From contig JAUNAY010000001.1 of NCBI GenBank assembly GCA_030527385.1, forward strand, positions 1 through 32,067: a DNA stretch of 32,067 nt, written 5' to 3'. The position numbers and the translations under genes are program-made. Under the pieces are notes generated by a model that did not search any database, had not been told where the DNA came from, and saw only the letters and a program-made list of their open reading frames with translations. This DNA is from Fusobacterium sp. Lineage in GTDB: Bacteria; Fusobacteriota; Fusobacteriia; Fusobacteriales; Fusobacteriaceae. Of this stretch, positions 28,469-32,067 are shown one piece after another; position 1 is the first letter of the stretch, and the number at the start of each line of letters is the position of its first letter.

Positions 28469-28504
28469 AAAAAAATCACACTCTTGTCTTCAGTGTGATT
28501 TTTT
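28469..28504 (-). terminator. Terminator downstream of the EamA gene (could be bidirectional)
   Basis: AAAAAATCACACT/AGTGTGATTTTTT inverted repeat. Confidence 0.8.
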
Positions 28505-28517
28505 GCAATAGGTTTAT

Positions 28518-28931
28518 TTAAAATATCAAAATAAGCGTTCCAAAAGTTATAAGAATAATTCCTAAAAACATTTTTAAAGTTATAATCTCTTTTAAAATCA
28601 AAAATGATAAAATCATTGTTAATACTATACTAAATTTATCTATTGAGACAACTTTTATTACTTCTCCTATTTGAAGAGCCTTATAGTAACATAACCACGA
28701 TAAGCCCGTACAAATTCCAGAAATTACTAAAAAAATCCAATTTTTTTGAGTTAAATGATTTAACCCACTTTGTTGTCCTGTAAAAAACACCATTAACCAC
28801 GCCATAATAAGAACTACAACAGTTCTTATTGCTGTCGCAAGATTAGAATTAATATTTTCTATTCCTATCTTAGCAAAAATTGAAGTCAATGCAGCAAATA
28901 AAGCAGATAAAAAAGCAAACATAATCCACAT
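28518..28931 (-). CDS. EamA/DMT-family small transporter (single domain)
   Basis: 137 aa, about 5 TM; LATAIRT, SWLCYYKALQIG and IDKFS motifs. Confidence 0.88.
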   Translation of the reverse strand: MWIMFAFLSALFAALTSIFAKIGIENINSNLATAIRTVVVLIMAWLMVFFTGQQSGLNHLTQKNWIFLVISGICTGLSWLCYYKALQIGEVIKVVSIDKFSIVLTMILSFLILKEIITLKMFLGIILITFGTLILIF

Positions 28932-28985
28932 AATATCACTTCCTAAGTTTTTCTTAATTTTAACATAATAAAATTAAGATTTAAT

Positions 28986-29031
28986 TAAAAATTGCACTCT
29001 CCATCTCAATTATCAAGATTTTAAGTGCAAT
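28986..29031 (-). terminator. Probable terminator downstream of purA
   Basis: Outer stem ATTGCACT/AGTGCAAT and inner stem ATCTTGAT/ATTGAGAT, then a minus-strand T-run. Confidence 0.65.
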
Positions 29032-29043
29032 ATTTTTTAATTA

Positions 29044-30324
<1,281 letters not shown>

Positions 30325-30333
30325 TTAGACCTC

Positions 30334-31035
30334 CTATTTTGTCTTTTCAATTTCAATATAATTTATATTTTTATTGTGTTTACATAAAAATAATTGCTCA
30401 AACTCTGTTTTTATATTATCTTCTGCTTTTTCACTTTTATGTAAATCTGAAGTATGATAAATAACTTCATATCCATCTAGTGAATTTACTAAATCTAACA
30501 CATCTTGATAATATTTATCGTGATCTGTTTTAAAGAAAAATTTACCATTTTTCTTTAAAATTACATCTAGTATTTTAAAGAAGCTCTCTTGAACAACTCT
30601 ATTTTTTTCATTTTCTTCCCAAGGATCTGGAAAATTTACATAGATTCCGTCTACTTCATTTTCAGCCATAAAAGAAAGAATTTCTTCTCCTCTTCTTCTT
30701 AAGAAAAGAGCATTTTTAGATCCATCTCTCTTTACTTTGTTTGCAGAAAGCACAAGTCTTTTAAATCTTAATTCAAGCCCTATATGATTTCTTTGTGGGT
30801 ATCTCATCGCCATTCCCTGAGCAAAATTCCCACTTCCAGAACCTATTTCCAAATATATAGGGTTATCATTTTTAAAAAACTCTCTCCATTTTCCTTTATA
30901 TGAATCCATAATCTCTTTGTCATAGATTATATACTCAGGAAAATCAAGAAGCTTGTAAATATATGGATTATAATTTTTTCTTGGATTTTTGAAAAAATGT
31001 CTCCATAAATCTTCTTTTAACTCTTCTTTTGTCAT
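30334..31035 (-). CDS. trmB: tRNA (guanine-N7)-methyltransferase
   Basis: LEIGSGSG, NFPDPW, KTDH and TEFE motifs. Confidence 0.93.
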   Translation of the reverse strand: MTKEELKEDLWRHFFKNPRKNYNPYIYKLLDFPEYIIYDKEIMDSYKGKWREFFKNDNPIYLEIGSGSGNFAQGMAMRYPQRNHIGLELRFKRLVLSANKVKRDGSKNALFLRRRGEEILSFMAENEVDGIYVNFPDPWEENEKNRVVQESFFKILDVILKKNGKFFFKTDHDKYYQDVLDLVNSLDGYEVIYHTSDLHKSEKAEDNIKTEFEQLFLCKHNKNINYIEIEKTK

Positions 31036-31067
31036 TATCCCTCCATCTATATTAAATATATTAAAAA

Positions 31068-32066
31068 CTATATCAATCTATCTATTCTTTCTAATACTTT
31101 TTCAGCTACTCTACTATTTTCACTAAAGAATTTTTTTATTTTTTCTCTTTTTATTCCTTTAGTTTTTCTAATATCCTCTATTGCTTCTAAAAACTCCTCT
31201 ATATTTTCAACCTTATATCCTATATCCTTTTTTAAGATTGCTTGTGAAATATCCTTTACATTTTGTAGATATTTTCCAAAAATTGGAGTTTTTTCATAAA
31301 ATAGTGGCTCTAACAAACTATGTCCACCTATATTTACTAGAGTACCTCCTACAAAAGTAATATCGGCTATGGCATACAATCTTCTAAGCACTCCCATTTT
31401 ATCCACAAGTATTATATCAGTTTTTTGAAAATTGTCACTATTTATTTCACTATACTTTAAAAAACTTTTATTTTTTTCAATTATAAGTTTTTCTATTTCA
31501 GGTATTCTTTCTAAATGCCTTGGAACTAATATTAAAAGTGTATTTTTCATTTTTTCAAATACATCTAATATTATCTCATTTTCTCCACCTCTTGTGCTTC
31601 CAGCAGTAAAAACTTCTCTGCCATCTGCACAAATATTTTCTTTTATCTCTTCTATTTGTTCATCTGAAAATCTTTCTAATTCTATATCAAATTTTAAATT
31701 TCCCAAAGTTTCAACTTTGTCTTTATCTGCCCCAATCTCTATTATTCTTTCACTATCAAGAGAAGATTGCATATAAAATCCTGATATTTTTTCAAAAATA
31801 TTTTTTAAATATGAACTAAATTTTTTATACTTTCCAAAACTTTTATCTGATATTCTTCCATTTACAACTATTACTTTTCCTGCTTTACTACATTCTACAA
31901 TCAAGTTTGGCCAAATCTCTGTCTCTATTAATATCAAAAGTTTTAAATTAATTCTTGATATTATATCTTTTATAATATCTTTCTTATCTAAAGGAAAATA
32001 TATTATTTTAACTCTTTCATTTTCCTTATATTTTTGTTTTGCATTAGCCATTCCTGTATCTGTAAA
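31068..32066 (-). CDS. waaA: 3-deoxy-D-manno-octulosonic acid transferase (partial; 5' end outside the window)
   Basis: FTDTG, FPLD, ETEIWPN, NGRIS, GNLKFD, AGST, VPRHLER and GGHSLLEP motifs; frame open to the window edge. Confidence 0.95.
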   Translation of the reverse strand, partial: FTDTGMANAKQKYKENERVKIIYFPLDKKDIIKDIISRINLKLLILIETEIWPNLIVECSKAGKVIVVNGRISDKSFGKYKKFSSYLKNIFEKISGFYMQSSLDSERIIEIGADKDKVETLGNLKFDIELERFSDEQIEEIKENICADGREVFTAGSTRGGENEIILDVFEKMKNTLLILVPRHLERIPEIEKLIIEKNKSFLKYSEINSDNFQKTDIILVDKMGVLRRLYAIADITFVGGTLVNIGGHSLLEPLFYEKTPIFGKYLQNVKDISQAILKKDIGYKVENIEEFLEAIEDIRKTKGIKREKIKKFFSENSRVAEKVLERIDRLI

Positions 32067-32067
32067 G

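Overview
An AT-rich (about 27% GC by eye), gene-dense chromosomal window. It is most likely from a Fusobacteriaceae member, inferred from a diderm LPS gene set (lptD-like, hldC/rfaE2, lpxK, waaA, FadL-type porin) mixed with Firmicutes-like metabolic genes (ccpN-like, ppdK, class III fbp, brnQ). It is almost entirely housekeeping, and I see no transposase, integrase, phage gene, CRISPR array, rRNA or tRNA. Gene order: partial LptD-like gene (missed by the ORF track), trxA, double-rubredoxin NAD(P)H oxidoreductase, tsaB, tsaE, hldC, Nudix CoA pyrophosphatase, upp, rpmE (all minus); rnhA and a YwaF-like gene (plus); S9 peptidase (minus); smc split by a -1 frameshift, lpxK, hypothetical, PTS EIIA, nadD, yfcE, ccpN-ppdK-fbp, fadL-like and tetR (plus); brnQ (minus); arsC/spx-like (plus); dapF, EamA, purA, trmB and partial waaA (minus). 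I cannot support a claim of a clearly novel multi-gene system. The observations most worth following up are: near-total avoidance of CATG across the window, a probable non-canonical ATT start codon for brnQ, the broken smc gene, candidate operators upstream of ccpN and fadL, a cysteine-free LptD-like protein, and repeated physical coupling of LPS genes with tRNA-modification genes.
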